From a virus, in IMG/VR virus record IMGVR_UViG_3300032093_000070, positions 17,010 through 81,009 of that record: a stretch of DNA of 64,000 bases, one strand, 5' to 3'. This document shows, one piece after another, positions 37,477 through 47,820 of the stretch. How positions within the stretch are numbered: the first letter of the stretch is position 1; the number at the start of each line of letters is the position of its first letter. A model generated the notes under the pieces. The model saw only the letters and a list, made by a program, of their open reading frames with translations, did not search any database and was not told the DNA's origin. Position numbers and translations under genes: made by a program.

Positions 37477-39951
37477 TTAGAAGTTTAGAGACGCTGCGCC
37501 GTAGACGATCCAAGAACCACCTGAAGTGCGTTGCATTGTAAAGTTGAAGATATCAATCTTATTAGCAGATGAGGTTGGAGTTGGAGCAGCACTACCTAAC
37601 CAACGAATAGTTTGAGAAGCTCCTGCAATTTGGAAAGTTGTTGGAATGTATCCGGTAGAACCTTGTGTAACTATGACGTTAATTGTCATAATTTTAGATC
37701 CTTCTGTAGGAACATTTGTTACGTTAAAGGTCATTGCGCCAGAAGGAGCGGTAGCGATATAGAAAATGTTTCCAGCAGTCCAATCAAGGGTTCCCACATT
37801 GGAAGCTAGGGTTACATCAACTACCTGCTCACGAAGTTCTTGAACGTCTGTAGTACCAGAGAAGGACGCTCCACCAGTAAATGTAAGAGATCCGGAAGAA
37901 GAAACTCCACCGTTGGCTGTAAGTAACCCAGTAACTCCAAGGGTACCCGCAACTGCGGCGTTTCCAGTTGTTGCGTTAACAGTGAACTTATTAGTTGCGA
38001 CGGCAAAGTTTCCTGTTACATCTCCAGTACCGCCAACTGCAAGAGTTCCCGTAGCTTCGATGTTCTTTGCCTTAAAGTCCGCAAATACTAAACCACCTTC
38101 AGAGAAGTTAACTGTAGATGTAGGTTTTGTTGTTGCGTCCGCAAATATTTTAATAATTCCATCTGAAGCGTCACGAACAATTCCTGAGAACTTGCGTCGA
38201 GCAGATACAGATGCGGATCCTGTTGGACTTACGGCTGTTGAAGACACATTTGATGCAGTCTTAGCGTAGGTAAATGTAGTTGAAGTAGGCACGGTAGTAA
38301 TTTGATATGTGCCGTTAAATGTGGCGTCTACGCCTGTTACTGTAACCCAATCACCAACTAGATAGTTGTGGTTTGCTGCTGTGGTTAGGGTAGCCACATT
38401 TGAAGTAAGAGCCTTGTTATTAACAACCGCAGTAATAGCTGATACGGTTACAGCGTACTCCCCAATTAATCCAAGATCAAGAGTGTCTGCGTTGTTAGCG
38501 TTACCAACAAATACAAGTGGGTCAGAAACCGCTAGGTTAGATGTAGTAGTAGATCCACCACCAAATGAAAGGTTACCTACGATTGCCACATCACCAGCAA
38601 TATTCATATCGCCTTGGATACCCACGCCACCAACAACTGTTAGAGCACCTGTTGTAGGAGAGGTAGATTCCGTTGGAATTTCAATATGAACATTTACATC
38701 TGGAGTAATTTCCATCTGTGTGTTGTCAGATCCCAAACCTCCAGCGGCAAAAACAATCTTGTTTTCTGCGCCAGTATCGCCTGTAGCAAGAACAAGGTTT
38801 CCGTTTCCAGATGATCCGACAGGGGCGGTTACGAAAATGTAACCGTCGTTAGGACCTGTGATGGTGAACTCTGGATCGCTAAAGGTAGAACTTGTGATAC
38901 CTAAATCAATATAACCAGCAAAGTCAGTTCCGTTATCTGGGTAAGCAATGAAGTCGGAAGACGCATTAGGATCAGTGCTGGTGTTTTGCATGATGACCTG
39001 TGAGTAGTCATCTCCATCAATAGTAAAGAAAGCTACTGGGTTAGTAAAGCCTGTTACCGCAGATACAGTACCGCCTGATGCAACAGAGGTTACATTTGAT
39101 GCGGTTACGGCATAGGTAAATGTAGTAGTGGTCGGGGTATCAATAATTTCATGAGTACCGTTAAAAGTTGCATCTACCCCAGCTACAGTTACAAATTGGA
39201 AAGGAGAGTAGCCATGAGCTGCGCTTGTTGTAAGTGTTGCTACGTTAGACGTTAAAGCTTTGTTGGTAACAGTCTTAACATTTGTTCCGTTAGCGTCTGC
39301 CGTAGTTTTGGCATCTGCACCTACATAAAGAGCGCCGGATGTGTTTGATACTTCGGTATCCCCATCAACGGTTAATCCTGCCAGAGTTGGTGTCCCTGTC
39401 CAAGATGCTGATGTTCCATCAGTAGTTAAAACTTTTCCAGCGTTACCTGCTTGATTTGGATATGTTCCGTCTACTAACTTATCCCAAAACGCAGTATCTG
39501 TTGGGGCATTACCAGAGCTAGTGTTAGCTGTAAGGATGTAAGCAGATCCGCCGTAAGAAACTACATCACTCTTTTGATAAGTTGCAACACCTGAATAAGC
39601 TCCTTCGTACTGAATTCCATCAGAGATAAGAGTAAAGAAGCTGGTATTAGTTGGTGCTGTTCCCGGAGAAGCGTCTGCGGTGCAAAGGTATAACTTTCCA
39701 CCTTGAGAGATTACTTCGCCAACTTTGTATCCAGTGCTACCAGAGTACGCACCAACATATTTAAGACCAGATAAAATTAAATTCCAGTAAGTTGTATTAG
39801 TTGGAGCATACCCGCTTGCTGTTGTTGCAAACTTGTAGTGGTACAGGTTTCCACCGTAGCTGACTACATCGTTAAACTCGTAACTGGTTGCGCCGCTATA
39901 AACGCCTGTATAGGTAAAGCGCAGCTTTCCTAGATCAATGATTTGGGACAT
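37477..39951 (-). CDS. large fibre/virion protein (paralogue of 41978-44056)
   Basis: LGKLRFTY, three GxYSGxTxY repeats, two NKALTSNVATLTT domains. Confidence 0.75.
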   Translation of the reverse strand: MSQIIDLGKLRFTYTGVYSGATSYEFNDVVSYGGNLYHYKFATTASGYAPTNTTYWNLILSGLKYVGAYSGSTGYKVGEVISQGGKLYLCTADASPGTAPTNTSFFTLISDGIQYEGAYSGVATYQKSDVVSYGGSAYILTANTSSGNAPTDTAFWDKLVDGTYPNQAGNAGKVLTTDGTSASWTGTPTLAGLTVDGDTEVSNTSGALYVGADAKTTADANGTNVKTVTNKALTSNVATLTTSAAHGYSPFQFVTVAGVDATFNGTHEIIDTPTTTTFTYAVTASNVTSVASGGTVSAVTGFTNPVAFFTIDGDDYSQVIMQNTSTDPNASSDFIAYPDNGTDFAGYIDLGITSSTFSDPEFTITGPNDGYIFVTAPVGSSGNGNLVLATGDTGAENKIVFAAGGLGSDNTQMEITPDVNVHIEIPTESTSPTTGALTVVGGVGIQGDMNIAGDVAIVGNLSFGGGSTTTSNLAVSDPLVFVGNANNADTLDLGLIGEYAVTVSAITAVVNNKALTSNVATLTTAANHNYLVGDWVTVTGVDATFNGTYQITTVPTSTTFTYAKTASNVSSTAVSPTGSASVSARRKFSGIVRDASDGIIKIFADATTKPTSTVNFSEGGLVFADFKAKNIEATGTLAVGGTGDVTGNFAVATNKFTVNATTGNAAVAGTLGVTGLLTANGGVSSSGSLTFTGGASFSGTTDVQELREQVVDVTLASNVGTLDWTAGNIFYIATAPSGAMTFNVTNVPTEGSKIMTINVIVTQGSTGYIPTTFQIAGASQTIRWLGSAAPTPTSSANKIDIFNFTMQRTSGGSWIVYGAASLNF

Positions 39952-39952
39952 A

Positions 39953-40231
39953 CTACTTTACCTCCATGAGAAGTCGATCTCCGCTCCAAGAAAAACCAAG
40001 ATTGTATTCATTCCAAAGCCAGTGCTTGTAAGCCTCTGGATCGGCTTCTGCACCATCATCTGGAAGATCAATATCATCACCGCTATTAGGAGTTACCTGC
40101 TCAACAGTAACCCTGCTAGTTGTGTGATCCATTTTAAAACCGTAAAAGGTATTAACCGCAGCAAGATTAATTGCAGGAGCAGTGTCCTGTGTAACATTTG
40201 TTACAGGACGTGTATAAGCATACCCTGGCAC
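39953..40231 (-). CDS. small virion protein (paralogue of 44056-44325)
   Basis: FYGFK...FSW...LLMEV. Confidence 0.7.
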   Translation of the reverse strand: MPGYAYTRPVTNVTQDTAPAINLAAVNTFYGFKMDHTTSRVTVEQVTPNSGDDIDLPDDGAEADPEAYKHWLWNEYNLGFSWSGDRLLMEVK

Positions 40232-40239
40232 TTAGTCTC

Positions 40240-40572
40240 CTATACGGTTACTTGGTCAATACCTTGTGCGTAAAACGATACTCCCGCGCTACCAGCAACT
40301 TTGACGACATCGCCATTGTTAACCGCAAAACGGAAAGTTTCATATGTATTGTATCCAGAAAGAGGAAGACTGTAAGCAACTAAGGCATATTGAGAAGCTT
40401 GAGTTGCTCCGCTAGGCACAATAAATACATAAATACTTGCGTTTGTAGGCTCTGTGTTGGTAGCTATTACAGAAAGCAGATAGTTATCTGTTGCAGTGAA
40501 GATCGTGGTTCCTGAGCTAAAAGCAACCTCTGAGGATAGCTTTACTACGCCGAGTCGTTCGATGCCGGCCAT
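40240..40572 (-). CDS. small beta-rich virion protein (probable paralogue of 44322-44654)
   Basis: 110 aa; LG...VAY...GDVVKV...VSF. Confidence 0.65.
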   Translation of the reverse strand: MAGIERLGVVKLSSEVAFSSGTTIFTATDNYLLSVIATNTEPTNASIYVFIVPSGATQASQYALVAYSLPLSGYNTYETFRFAVNNGDVVKVAGSAGVSFYAQGIDQVTV

Positions 40573-40573
40573 A

Positions 40574-41041
40574 TCAGACTCCTAACCACCACGATAATGA
40601 GTAACTACCCGATCCACCTTCGCCTGTTGCTCCAGTAGCTCCTGTCGCACCAGTCGCTCCAGTAGCACCTGTAGGACCCGGTACTGTTGATGCCGGTCCA
40701 GTTGCACCTGTCGGTCCTTGAGGACCTACAGATCCGGCAGGACCTGTGGCACCTGTTGGACCAATTGGGGCAGCACCTGCTTCCACCCAGTATCCGTCAT
40801 AATAAATAAAAATTCCGCCTGTACTTGGATCAAACCAAGCATCACCAGCTTGCGGATTTACTGGAGCAGTAGATGTAGAAGACCAAACACCAGGTGCACC
40901 TGTAGCTCCCGTGGCTCCTGTAGGTCCGACAACAGGTGTGCGAATTACATTCCACGCAACACCATCCCACTTCCATGTAGTGGATCCAGAAGTAAATTCT
41001 TGATTGAGTGTAGGTGAATTAGGAAAATCAATTGCTGTCAT
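40574..41041 (-). CDS. short collagen-like protein
   Basis: DFPNSP head, GAT/GPT repeats, GDAWFD...YYDGYWVE module. Confidence 0.75.
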   Translation of the reverse strand: MTAIDFPNSPTLNQEFTSGSTTWKWDGVAWNVIRTPVVGPTGATGATGAPGVWSSTSTAPVNPQAGDAWFDPSTGGIFIYYDGYWVEAGAAPIGPTGATGPAGSVGPQGPTGATGPASTVPGPTGATGATGATGATGATGEGGSGSYSLSWWLGV

Positions 41042-41973
41042 TAGATTGGATACCTAATAACTACAATACCTGAACCACCTACAACAACATCAGGAGGGTC
41101 ACTCCAAGAAGAACCTCCACCACCTGAGCCAGTATTAGCACCACCAGCTCCTCCTGGTCGGTTATCACCTACTGTTCCAGATGCTCCAGAGTTCAATGCG
41201 CTACCGCCGCCAGATCCTGCTGATCCACCACTTGTGGCAGAGCCACCGCCACCTCCACCTATACCACCATTTCCAGATTGCCCACCTGTATAAACACTAC
41301 CCCCACCGCCTGCAGCCCAATAATAATTTGTTCCTAAAATAGAATTTTGTAAACCGCTTCCGCCATGAGCAGTATCGCTACCTGATGAGCCGGCGCTTCC
41401 AGCACCACCACCTCCGCCGCCTCTTCTGTCGTTATTAATTCCAGGTCTACCGGCTCCGCCAGCATTACCTGTTCCTTGACCATTAGCAGATCCACCAGCA
41501 GTACCGTTGTCCGCACCACCGCCGCCTGAGCCACCAGATTTACCAGATGTAGAGTTTGATCCACCAGCATGTGAACCACCAAATCCACCACCGCTAGAAA
41601 TTAAATTAAACGCAGATGAATCTCCACCATTTGTACCTCCAGAGTCATTATTTCCTGAAGCAATTCCACCATTACCAACAACAATTGAATAATTTTGTTG
41701 ATTTATAGCAAGTGAACCAGACCTGTAGCCTCCAGCGCCTCCGCCTCCGCCAATAGCGCCTCCGCCTCCGCCACCGCCAATAATTAAATATTCAACTGTT
41801 CCGCCAGAATCTGGTACAAAAGTTGAAGTTCCAACAGCAGTAAAAGCATGAATGCGATATCCGCCGGCAGTTGTAATAGTTCCGCCAGTACTGCCGGTAC
41901 CTAAACGACCAGTTTGTCCTCTAAGTCTGCTTTGAACTCCGTAGCTTCCACGAACAGAGCTAACAAAAGGCAT
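41041..41973 (-). CDS. glycine-rich (polyglycine) virion/adhesin-like protein
   Basis: GGTITTAGGYRIHAF, GGGGG runs, GSGIVVIRYP. Confidence 0.75.
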   Translation of the reverse strand: MPFVSSVRGSYGVQSRLRGQTGRLGTGSTGGTITTAGGYRIHAFTAVGTSTFVPDSGGTVEYLIIGGGGGGGAIGGGGGAGGYRSGSLAINQQNYSIVVGNGGIASGNNDSGGTNGGDSSAFNLISSGGGFGGSHAGGSNSTSGKSGGSGGGGADNGTAGGSANGQGTGNAGGAGRPGINNDRRGGGGGGAGSAGSSGSDTAHGGSGLQNSILGTNYYWAAGGGGSVYTGGQSGNGGIGGGGGGSATSGGSAGSGGGSALNSGASGTVGDNRPGGAGGANTGSGGGGSSWSDPPDVVVGGSGIVVIRYPI

Positions 41974-41977
41974 TTAA

Positions 41978-44056
41978 TTACCCCCAGTTTAAGTTAGCGG
42001 AGCCTAGTACTGTCCATGCACTGCTAAGACGAATAAGTGTAAATGTGAAAACATCAATTCTTCCTGCTGTTGATGTTGGAGTAGGAGCAGCAGCTGTAGG
42101 CCACTTAGGAGTAATAGATCCACCGCCATTAATAGTTAATGCACTTGGAATATACCCAGTTGCACCTTGAGTAACAAATACGTTTATTGTCATAACGCGA
42201 TCATTATCAGTTGGTACATTTGTTAAATTAACTGTAAAGTTTGCGCTAGGAGTTGATGTTACCCAGAAGATGTTTCCAGAAGACCAATCAGCCGCAATAG
42301 CGTTAGAAGAAATAGCAAGAGATACTACAGTTTCACGCATCTCTTGGATATCAACTGTACCGCTAAGAGACACTGTGCCAGAAGCTGTTAAACCGCCCAC
42401 TCGAATATCAGCAAACGCAGCTCCAGCTTCTCCAAAGTTTGCAGTAGATGTTGGCTTAGTAGTTCCATCTTTATAGAACTTTATAACGCCGTCAGTAGCA
42501 TCACGAAGAACACCTGCATATTTACGACGCTTACTTACCGATGCGCTACCTGTGGCGGCAGCAGAAGACACGTTAGCGTTGGTTTTAGCATAGCTAAATG
42601 TGTTTGAGGTAACTGCTGTAATAGCATAGGTACCATTAAATGTAGCATCTACTCCAGTTACTACAACAATATCTCCCTCTAAGTAAGTGTGAGATGTAGA
42701 AGTTGTGAGAGTAGCGACATTTGAAGTTAAAGCTTTATTTGTAACAGTGGTTACAATGGCTGAGATAGTAGTTGCGTACTCTCCAACAAGACCTAGATCA
42801 AGAAGGTCATCAGAGTTAGCGTTTCCAACAAAGACGATTGGATCGGTAACAGTAAGGTTTGCAGTAGTTGTAGAGCCTCCGCCGAAGGTCAAGTTACCTG
42901 TGATAGTGGTATCACCAAGAACATTTAAATTACCTGAAACACCAACACCGCCAACTACAGTTAAAGCACCCGTAGTAGGAGATGTAGATTGAGTTGCAAT
43001 TTCAACATGAACATTGACATCTGGGGTAATAGACATCTGCTCGTTGTCAGACTGTAGACCACCAGCAGCAAAGATAATTTTGTTTTCTGATCCCTTATCG
43101 CCAGTTGCAATAACTAGGTTACCAGCTCCTACGGTATCGGTTGGAGCGTCGTAGAAGAGGTAAGCGTCATTAGGTCCAGTGAGGGTAAACTCTGGATCAG
43201 CAAAAGCCGAACTGGTTACACCATGAGAGAACCAACCAGCAAAGTCAGTTCCATTATCTGGATAAACAATAAAGTCTGTAGAAGAGTTAGCGCCATTACC
43301 ACGATTTCTAAATGCTACTTGAGCAAAGTCATCATCTGCATCCACGGCAAATACAGCAACTGCATTTGTGTATCCTGGAATTGCAGACACTGTACCAACA
43401 GTAGCTTGCGATCCAATGTTTCCCGTTACCTTATCAAAGGTAAATGTATTAAGTGTTGGAGTCGAAGTGATTTCGTAGGTGCCATCAAAGGCAGCATCAG
43501 CTGGGCTGAGGGCAATTGTTACAAATTGAAATGGAGCAAATCCGTGTGCGGTTGCTGTAGTAATAGTTGCAACATTGGAAGTAAGAGCTTTTGTTGTTAC
43601 ATTGATTACGCTAGTACCAAGAGTCTCAGCGTCGTTGCGAGCACCATTACCTACATATAATTCACCTGCGGTTGTTCCAACATCAAGGTCAGCAGTTACT
43701 CCAAGATTACCAAATTCGTTTGACCAAGAAGCATTGGTGCCGTCTGTTTTAAGAAATTTACCTGAGTTACCTGTTTGAGAAGGTACTTGGCTTACAGTGG
43801 CAAACTGAAAAGCAGATCCGGTAGTTTGTAAGAACTGACCATTAGTTCCTGAAGTAGGGTCTGTATAACCATCAATCATCTTTGACCAATATGAGGTATT
43901 GGTTGGGGCGTTACCTGTGGTTGCGCCTGTGTTGATGTACACATAGAGGTTATTGGTGTACTTGACTACATCGTTAAGTTGGTATTCAGTAGCGCCGCTA
44001 TAGGCACCTTTGTAGGTAAAGCGGAGCTTACCTAAATTAAAGATCTGGGCAGCCAC
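41978..44056 (-). CDS. large fibre/virion protein
   Basis: LGKLRFTY, two KALTSNVAT domains, YPDNGTDFAG, TGALTVVGGVG. Confidence 0.75.
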   Translation of the reverse strand: MAAQIFNLGKLRFTYKGAYSGATEYQLNDVVKYTNNLYVYINTGATTGNAPTNTSYWSKMIDGYTDPTSGTNGQFLQTTGSAFQFATVSQVPSQTGNSGKFLKTDGTNASWSNEFGNLGVTADLDVGTTAGELYVGNGARNDAETLGTSVINVTTKALTSNVATITTATAHGFAPFQFVTIALSPADAAFDGTYEITSTPTLNTFTFDKVTGNIGSQATVGTVSAIPGYTNAVAVFAVDADDDFAQVAFRNRGNGANSSTDFIVYPDNGTDFAGWFSHGVTSSAFADPEFTLTGPNDAYLFYDAPTDTVGAGNLVIATGDKGSENKIIFAAGGLQSDNEQMSITPDVNVHVEIATQSTSPTTGALTVVGGVGVSGNLNVLGDTTITGNLTFGGGSTTTANLTVTDPIVFVGNANSDDLLDLGLVGEYATTISAIVTTVTNKALTSNVATLTTSTSHTYLEGDIVVVTGVDATFNGTYAITAVTSNTFSYAKTNANVSSAAATGSASVSKRRKYAGVLRDATDGVIKFYKDGTTKPTSTANFGEAGAAFADIRVGGLTASGTVSLSGTVDIQEMRETVVSLAISSNAIAADWSSGNIFWVTSTPSANFTVNLTNVPTDNDRVMTINVFVTQGATGYIPSALTINGGGSITPKWPTAAAPTPTSTAGRIDVFTFTLIRLSSAWTVLGSANLNWG

Positions 44057-44325
44057 TAGTCAACCTCCATAATAAGCTGGTCTGTATAGGTAGTATCCCA
44101 CGAAAAAGTGAATTCGTAAGGGGTTAGCGCGGTTGTGTAATAGGTATCGTCATATCGAGCGTATACCGTTCCATCATCATTTACTTGAGGAACAATGATT
44201 TGAGCTGATGTATCTCCCCATAGGTATTCCTCAATAGTCAAAGTGTCATTAATAGGATCGTATTTAAAGCCGTAAAAGTTCTGTTTATCCTTGCCACCAG
44301 ATGGTGGAAAGCTTGCAAGACTCAT
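44056..44325 (-). CDS. small virion protein
   Basis: FYGFK...FSW...LIMEV. Confidence 0.7.
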   Translation of the reverse strand: MSLASFPPSGGKDKQNFYGFKYDPINDTLTIEEYLWGDTSAQIIVPQVNDDGTVYARYDDTYYTTALTPYEFTFSWDTTYTDQLIMEVD

Positions 44326-44654
44326 GCGGTGATCTCCGTCCCAAAAGCATTGAAGGACACTGTGGCAGCCGCAGCGCGGACTGTTATAACATCCCCAGCG
44401 TCTAAGGTGATACCCAAGGTAAATACTTGAGTGCTATTACGATCAAGAGTGATTTCATACGCCACATAGTGACGGTTTGCCAAAACCTCAGAATTAGGAC
44501 GCACAGCAATTCTAAAGGTAGTGCTAACTGAATCTCTATTGGCTACAGTAATGGAGCTAACTACTGTTTGAGTTGACGCTGGAACAGTGTATAGATCTAC
44601 CTCTGTGCCCGCGATTGCCACAGCTTGACCTAACACTTTATATGTAGTTGCCAT
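44322..44654 (-). CDS. small beta-rich virion protein
   Basis: YKVLGQ, LYTVP, SSITVAN, TLGITL, SFNAFGTEI. Confidence 0.75.
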   Translation of the reverse strand: MATTYKVLGQAVAIAGTEVDLYTVPASTQTVVSSITVANRDSVSTTFRIAVRPNSEVLANRHYVAYEITLDRNSTQVFTLGITLDAGDVITVRAAAATVSFNAFGTEITA

Positions 44655-44682
44655 TACTCACTTCCTATTCTTCTTAATTTTA

Positions 44683-46257
44683 TTATGCGCCCATTAACAA
44701 GAACGGGTGAAAGCCCGCTTCGCCAATTGGACCTGTTGGTCCCGTTGCGCCAGTTGGACCTGGAACAGTAGATGCTGGCCCTGTAGCTCCTGTTGGTCCT
44801 GTTGGACCCGTAGGACCTGTGGGACCTGTTGCACCAGCAGGTCCTGGACCTCCAGCTGGACCTGTAGGACCGGCTGGTCCCGCTGATCCGGTTGGTCCTG
44901 GCACTGTAGATGCTGGGCCTGTTGGGCCTGTTGGACCTGCGGGTCCTGTTGGACCAACATCTGAAGATGCCCATTCAACCCAGAAGCTGTCGTAATAAAC
45001 ATAAACTTTTGCGTTATTAGTATTAAACCAAACATCACCTAGTGCAGGTGAAGCTGGCGCTGTTGCACTTGCATACCAAATACCAGTCGCACCAGTTGGT
45101 CCAACGATCTGTCCAACATCATCCCATGAAGATGTTCCAGTATCCCAAACATAAAGATGACCGTTATCACCAACAACAATATATGCGTCACCAGCAGCAC
45201 CGGTAGCAGGAAGATCTCCAGTAGTAGAAACGCTTCCTAAAATATTTAATGAAGTTCCTTGAGCACCAGTAGGTCCTGTTGGACCTGTGGGTCCTTGAAC
45301 GGTTGAGTCTGCTCCAGTTGGACCCGTAGCACCAGTAGGTCCTGTAGCGCCTGTGGCACCAGTAGGTCCTGGAACAATTGAATCAGCTCCAGTTGCGCCT
45401 GTTGCTCCCGTCGCACCTGTCGCACCGATTGCTCCAGTTGCTCCCGTTGCTCCAGTTGCTCCAACATCTCCAGTCGCGCCCGTTGCACCAGTGGCTCCCG
45501 TTGGTCCGGGCACAGTAGAATCTGCGCCAGTAGCTCCTGTAGGGCCAGTAGCACCAGTGGCACCAGTTGATCCAGCAGGTCCTGGTATTAGTGAATCTGC
45601 ACCAGTAGCACCAGTTGCACCTGTAGCTCCAGTTGGACCTGAAACACCCTGTGGTCCTGTCGCTCCAGTAGCACCCGTAGCACCTGCTACACCAGTAGCA
45701 CCCGTAGGTCCCGTTGCTCCTGTAGCACCTGTTGCGCCATTAGTACCCGCTGTGCCAGTTGCACCCTGCGGACCAGTAGGACCAACAATTTGTCCTACAT
45801 TGTTCCAACTATCGCCATCCCATACATAAAGATCTCCATTTGAGTCAACAATATATGCGTCGTTAACTGCAGCAGTAGCGCCAAGTGAAGCAAGATACGA
45901 TGGATCGGGAACTGATCCTCTAAATGTTATTGATGTTCCTTGTGCACCAGTCGCACCAGTCGCACCCGCAGGTCCAGTTGCACCTGTTGGTCCAGCGGCG
46001 CCTGTAGCGCCTGTAGGACCCGCATCACCTTCTGGGCCTACAAAACCAATAGGACCCTGTGGACCAGTGGCTCCTGTGGCTCCTGTGGCCCCTGTTGCAC
46101 CTGTTAAACCAGTAGCACCAGTTGCGCCTGTGGCGCCTGTAGCACCTGTTGCACCAGCGGCACCTGCTGCACCCGTAGGACCGGTGGCGCCATTACCACC
46201 AATAGATACTTGAATTTCAGGTTGCGGAGATACCGATATTTGAATTTCTTCTGGCAT
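44683..46257 (-). CDS. long collagen-like fibre protein
   Basis: Extensive (GAT/GPT)n interrupted by DAYIV...LYVWD...GQIVG knuckles. Confidence 0.85.
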   Translation of the reverse strand: MPEEIQISVSPQPEIQVSIGGNGATGPTGAAGAAGATGATGATGATGATGLTGATGATGATGATGPQGPIGFVGPEGDAGPTGATGAAGPTGATGPAGATGATGAQGTSITFRGSVPDPSYLASLGATAAVNDAYIVDSNGDLYVWDGDSWNNVGQIVGPTGPQGATGTAGTNGATGATGATGPTGATGVAGATGATGATGPQGVSGPTGATGATGATGADSLIPGPAGSTGATGATGPTGATGADSTVPGPTGATGATGATGDVGATGATGATGAIGATGATGATGATGADSIVPGPTGATGATGPTGATGPTGADSTVQGPTGPTGPTGAQGTSLNILGSVSTTGDLPATGAAGDAYIVVGDNGHLYVWDTGTSSWDDVGQIVGPTGATGIWYASATAPASPALGDVWFNTNNAKVYVYYDSFWVEWASSDVGPTGPAGPTGPTGPASTVPGPTGSAGPAGPTGPAGGPGPAGATGPTGPTGPTGPTGATGPASTVPGPTGATGPTGPIGEAGFHPFLLMGA

Positions 46258-47321
46258 TAGTCAACCGTCACTTGTTGAGTTACGAACACCTGTCCTTTGA
46301 TGTATGTTTTTTGGAAAGTAGCATCTACTGTGGAGGTTGCTTGTAGATCCCAGAAAGCGCGAACAGGTAGGTAAGCTGTTTGTTGTTTTGTTAAAGATAA
46401 TTGAATCTTCTTTAGCACTGGATCTGTAACGGTAACCGTGAACTCTGCGTATCTAGCTGGAGCATTTGGATATGTTCTGATCTGTGCTTTAAATACTAAG
46501 TTAGAGATATTGTAGGTATCTGGGAAATCTAAAATGATTGAGAAGCTGTCGCCTTGATATATCACAAGGTCATAAATAGCAGCCGTTGTCGGCATAGGAC
46601 TTCTGCCCAACATATCATTTTGTATATAAACTCTTTCAGGCTTGCGGGCATCATCAATTTCTTGAGGCATATAGACAGGAACAAGCTTGTTGGTATGACG
46701 AGATACTCGACGAAGGGTTCCGATCTCAAGTCTCCATAGACCAATATTTAGCGCAGAGCAGAGGGTTCTATATTGCTCTTGGCGCTGGTTGATCATATTG
46801 ACGAGCTGGTGGTAACGCTCAGAACGAGGAATAGTAACTCCGTCTGGAGCAAAGATATTAATGTCAAAGGACGCATCTGTTGCAAGAGCCCACAAGGCTT
46901 CAATTACAGCAAGGATGGCAATTGGATACTCTTCAACGGCAGGTACCTTAGCCAAGGTCATCTGGTTTCCAAAACCGTCTGTGCGGTTGTAGGTATGCTG
47001 TTCAACAGCAGTATTGATAAAAAGCTCTAAATCGGTATCTGTAAAATAGCGGTAGTGGGTACCAGATACTCTGATGGTTGTGTTATTACCCGGCGCTGAA
47101 GCAAAGGTAATGATTCCGTGATCGGCTTGGACGGTGTAGCCAGATGGCTGGGTTACGGGGGTGTTGTTGACTGTTACAACAAGGGTGGCCGGATCTACTG
47201 GCTTAACGCGTAGGTCATAGACCTTTGTGGATCCATCGCCTGTATCGGACCAGTTAAATGCTTTTTCTAGGTCACCTAATTCAAGGCGAACTCTATAAAG
47301 AATGTCTGCTATTACAGCCAC
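46257..47321 (-). CDS. putative head-tail adaptor with C-terminal Ig/BppU-like domain
   Basis: [22 protein letters not shown]...KAQIR...WDLQ; downstream of the capsid genes. Confidence 0.6.
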   Translation of the reverse strand: MAVIADILYRVRLELGDLEKAFNWSDTGDGSTKVYDLRVKPVDPATLVVTVNNTPVTQPSGYTVQADHGIITFASAPGNNTTIRVSGTHYRYFTDTDLELFINTAVEQHTYNRTDGFGNQMTLAKVPAVEEYPIAILAVIEALWALATDASFDINIFAPDGVTIPRSERYHQLVNMINQRQEQYRTLCSALNIGLWRLEIGTLRRVSRHTNKLVPVYMPQEIDDARKPERVYIQNDMLGRSPMPTTAAIYDLVIYQGDSFSIILDFPDTYNISNLVFKAQIRTYPNAPARYAEFTVTVTDPVLKKIQLSLTKQQTAYLPVRAFWDLQATSTVDATFQKTYIKGQVFVTQQVTVD

Positions 47322-47347
47322 TAACCACTCCTAACATCGCCTACATA

Positions 47348-47382
47348 ATGGTAGGTGACCAGTATTAAAAAATCCTTACAAA
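47348..47382 (-). promoter_or_regulatory. candidate late promoter TTTGTA-AGGATT-N17-TACCAT
   Basis: Same geometry as three other intergenic motifs; directly follows a terminator. Confidence 0.45.
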
Positions 47383-47410
47383 CGAAGAAGCGGGCAACTA
47401 TGTGCCCGCC
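47383..47410 (-). terminator. probable intrinsic terminator
   Basis: GCGGGCA...TGCCCGC followed by TTCTTCGTTT. Confidence 0.6.
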
Positions 47411-47427
47411 GCTCCGATTATTACTGG

Positions 47428-47790
47428 TTAGATAGCAGCGGCTAAGTAGCCTTTTTCTTTAAGGTGTTGAGCTACTGCCTTAGTGACAGAGTACTTTTGA
47501 CCTGCCTTAAAGCTGTAATTGTTGCCCGCACCGAGAGTCATGTTTTCAATGTCTTCTACGACACGAATCTCAATAGTGTCAACCTGCTCGCCTACTTTGA
47601 CTGCTTCATCAACAATAACTACTTGTCGATCAGGTTTAGTTGCATCAATAGCCTGATCAAGCTGTGCTTTAGCAGCAGCAGTTGCCATTGACATTTCTCC
47701 AGCACGTTGAGCTAGGACTTCAGCGTTTGCTGCAAGAGCCTCTTCACGTGCACGACCTGTAACATCGGTCGGCTTTACTTTACTTGCCAT
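47428..47790 (-). CDS. hypothetical head-associated protein
   Basis: Follows the major capsid gene; GGAGG SD. Confidence 0.65.
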   Translation of the reverse strand: MASKVKPTDVTGRAREEALAANAEVLAQRAGEMSMATAAAKAQLDQAIDATKPDRQVVIVDEAVKVGEQVDTIEIRVVEDIENMTLGAGNNYSFKAGQKYSVTKAVAQHLKEKGYLAAAI

Positions 47791-47820
47791 TTGGATCCTC
47801 CGGGTTAGTGACTGTTAAAG

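Noticed and set aside
44654-45829. Alternative-frame and antisense ORFs over the collagen gene (for example 45353-45829 +, (PVA)n)
   Set aside because: Shadows of the G-X-T codon periodicity, which lacks stops in other frames
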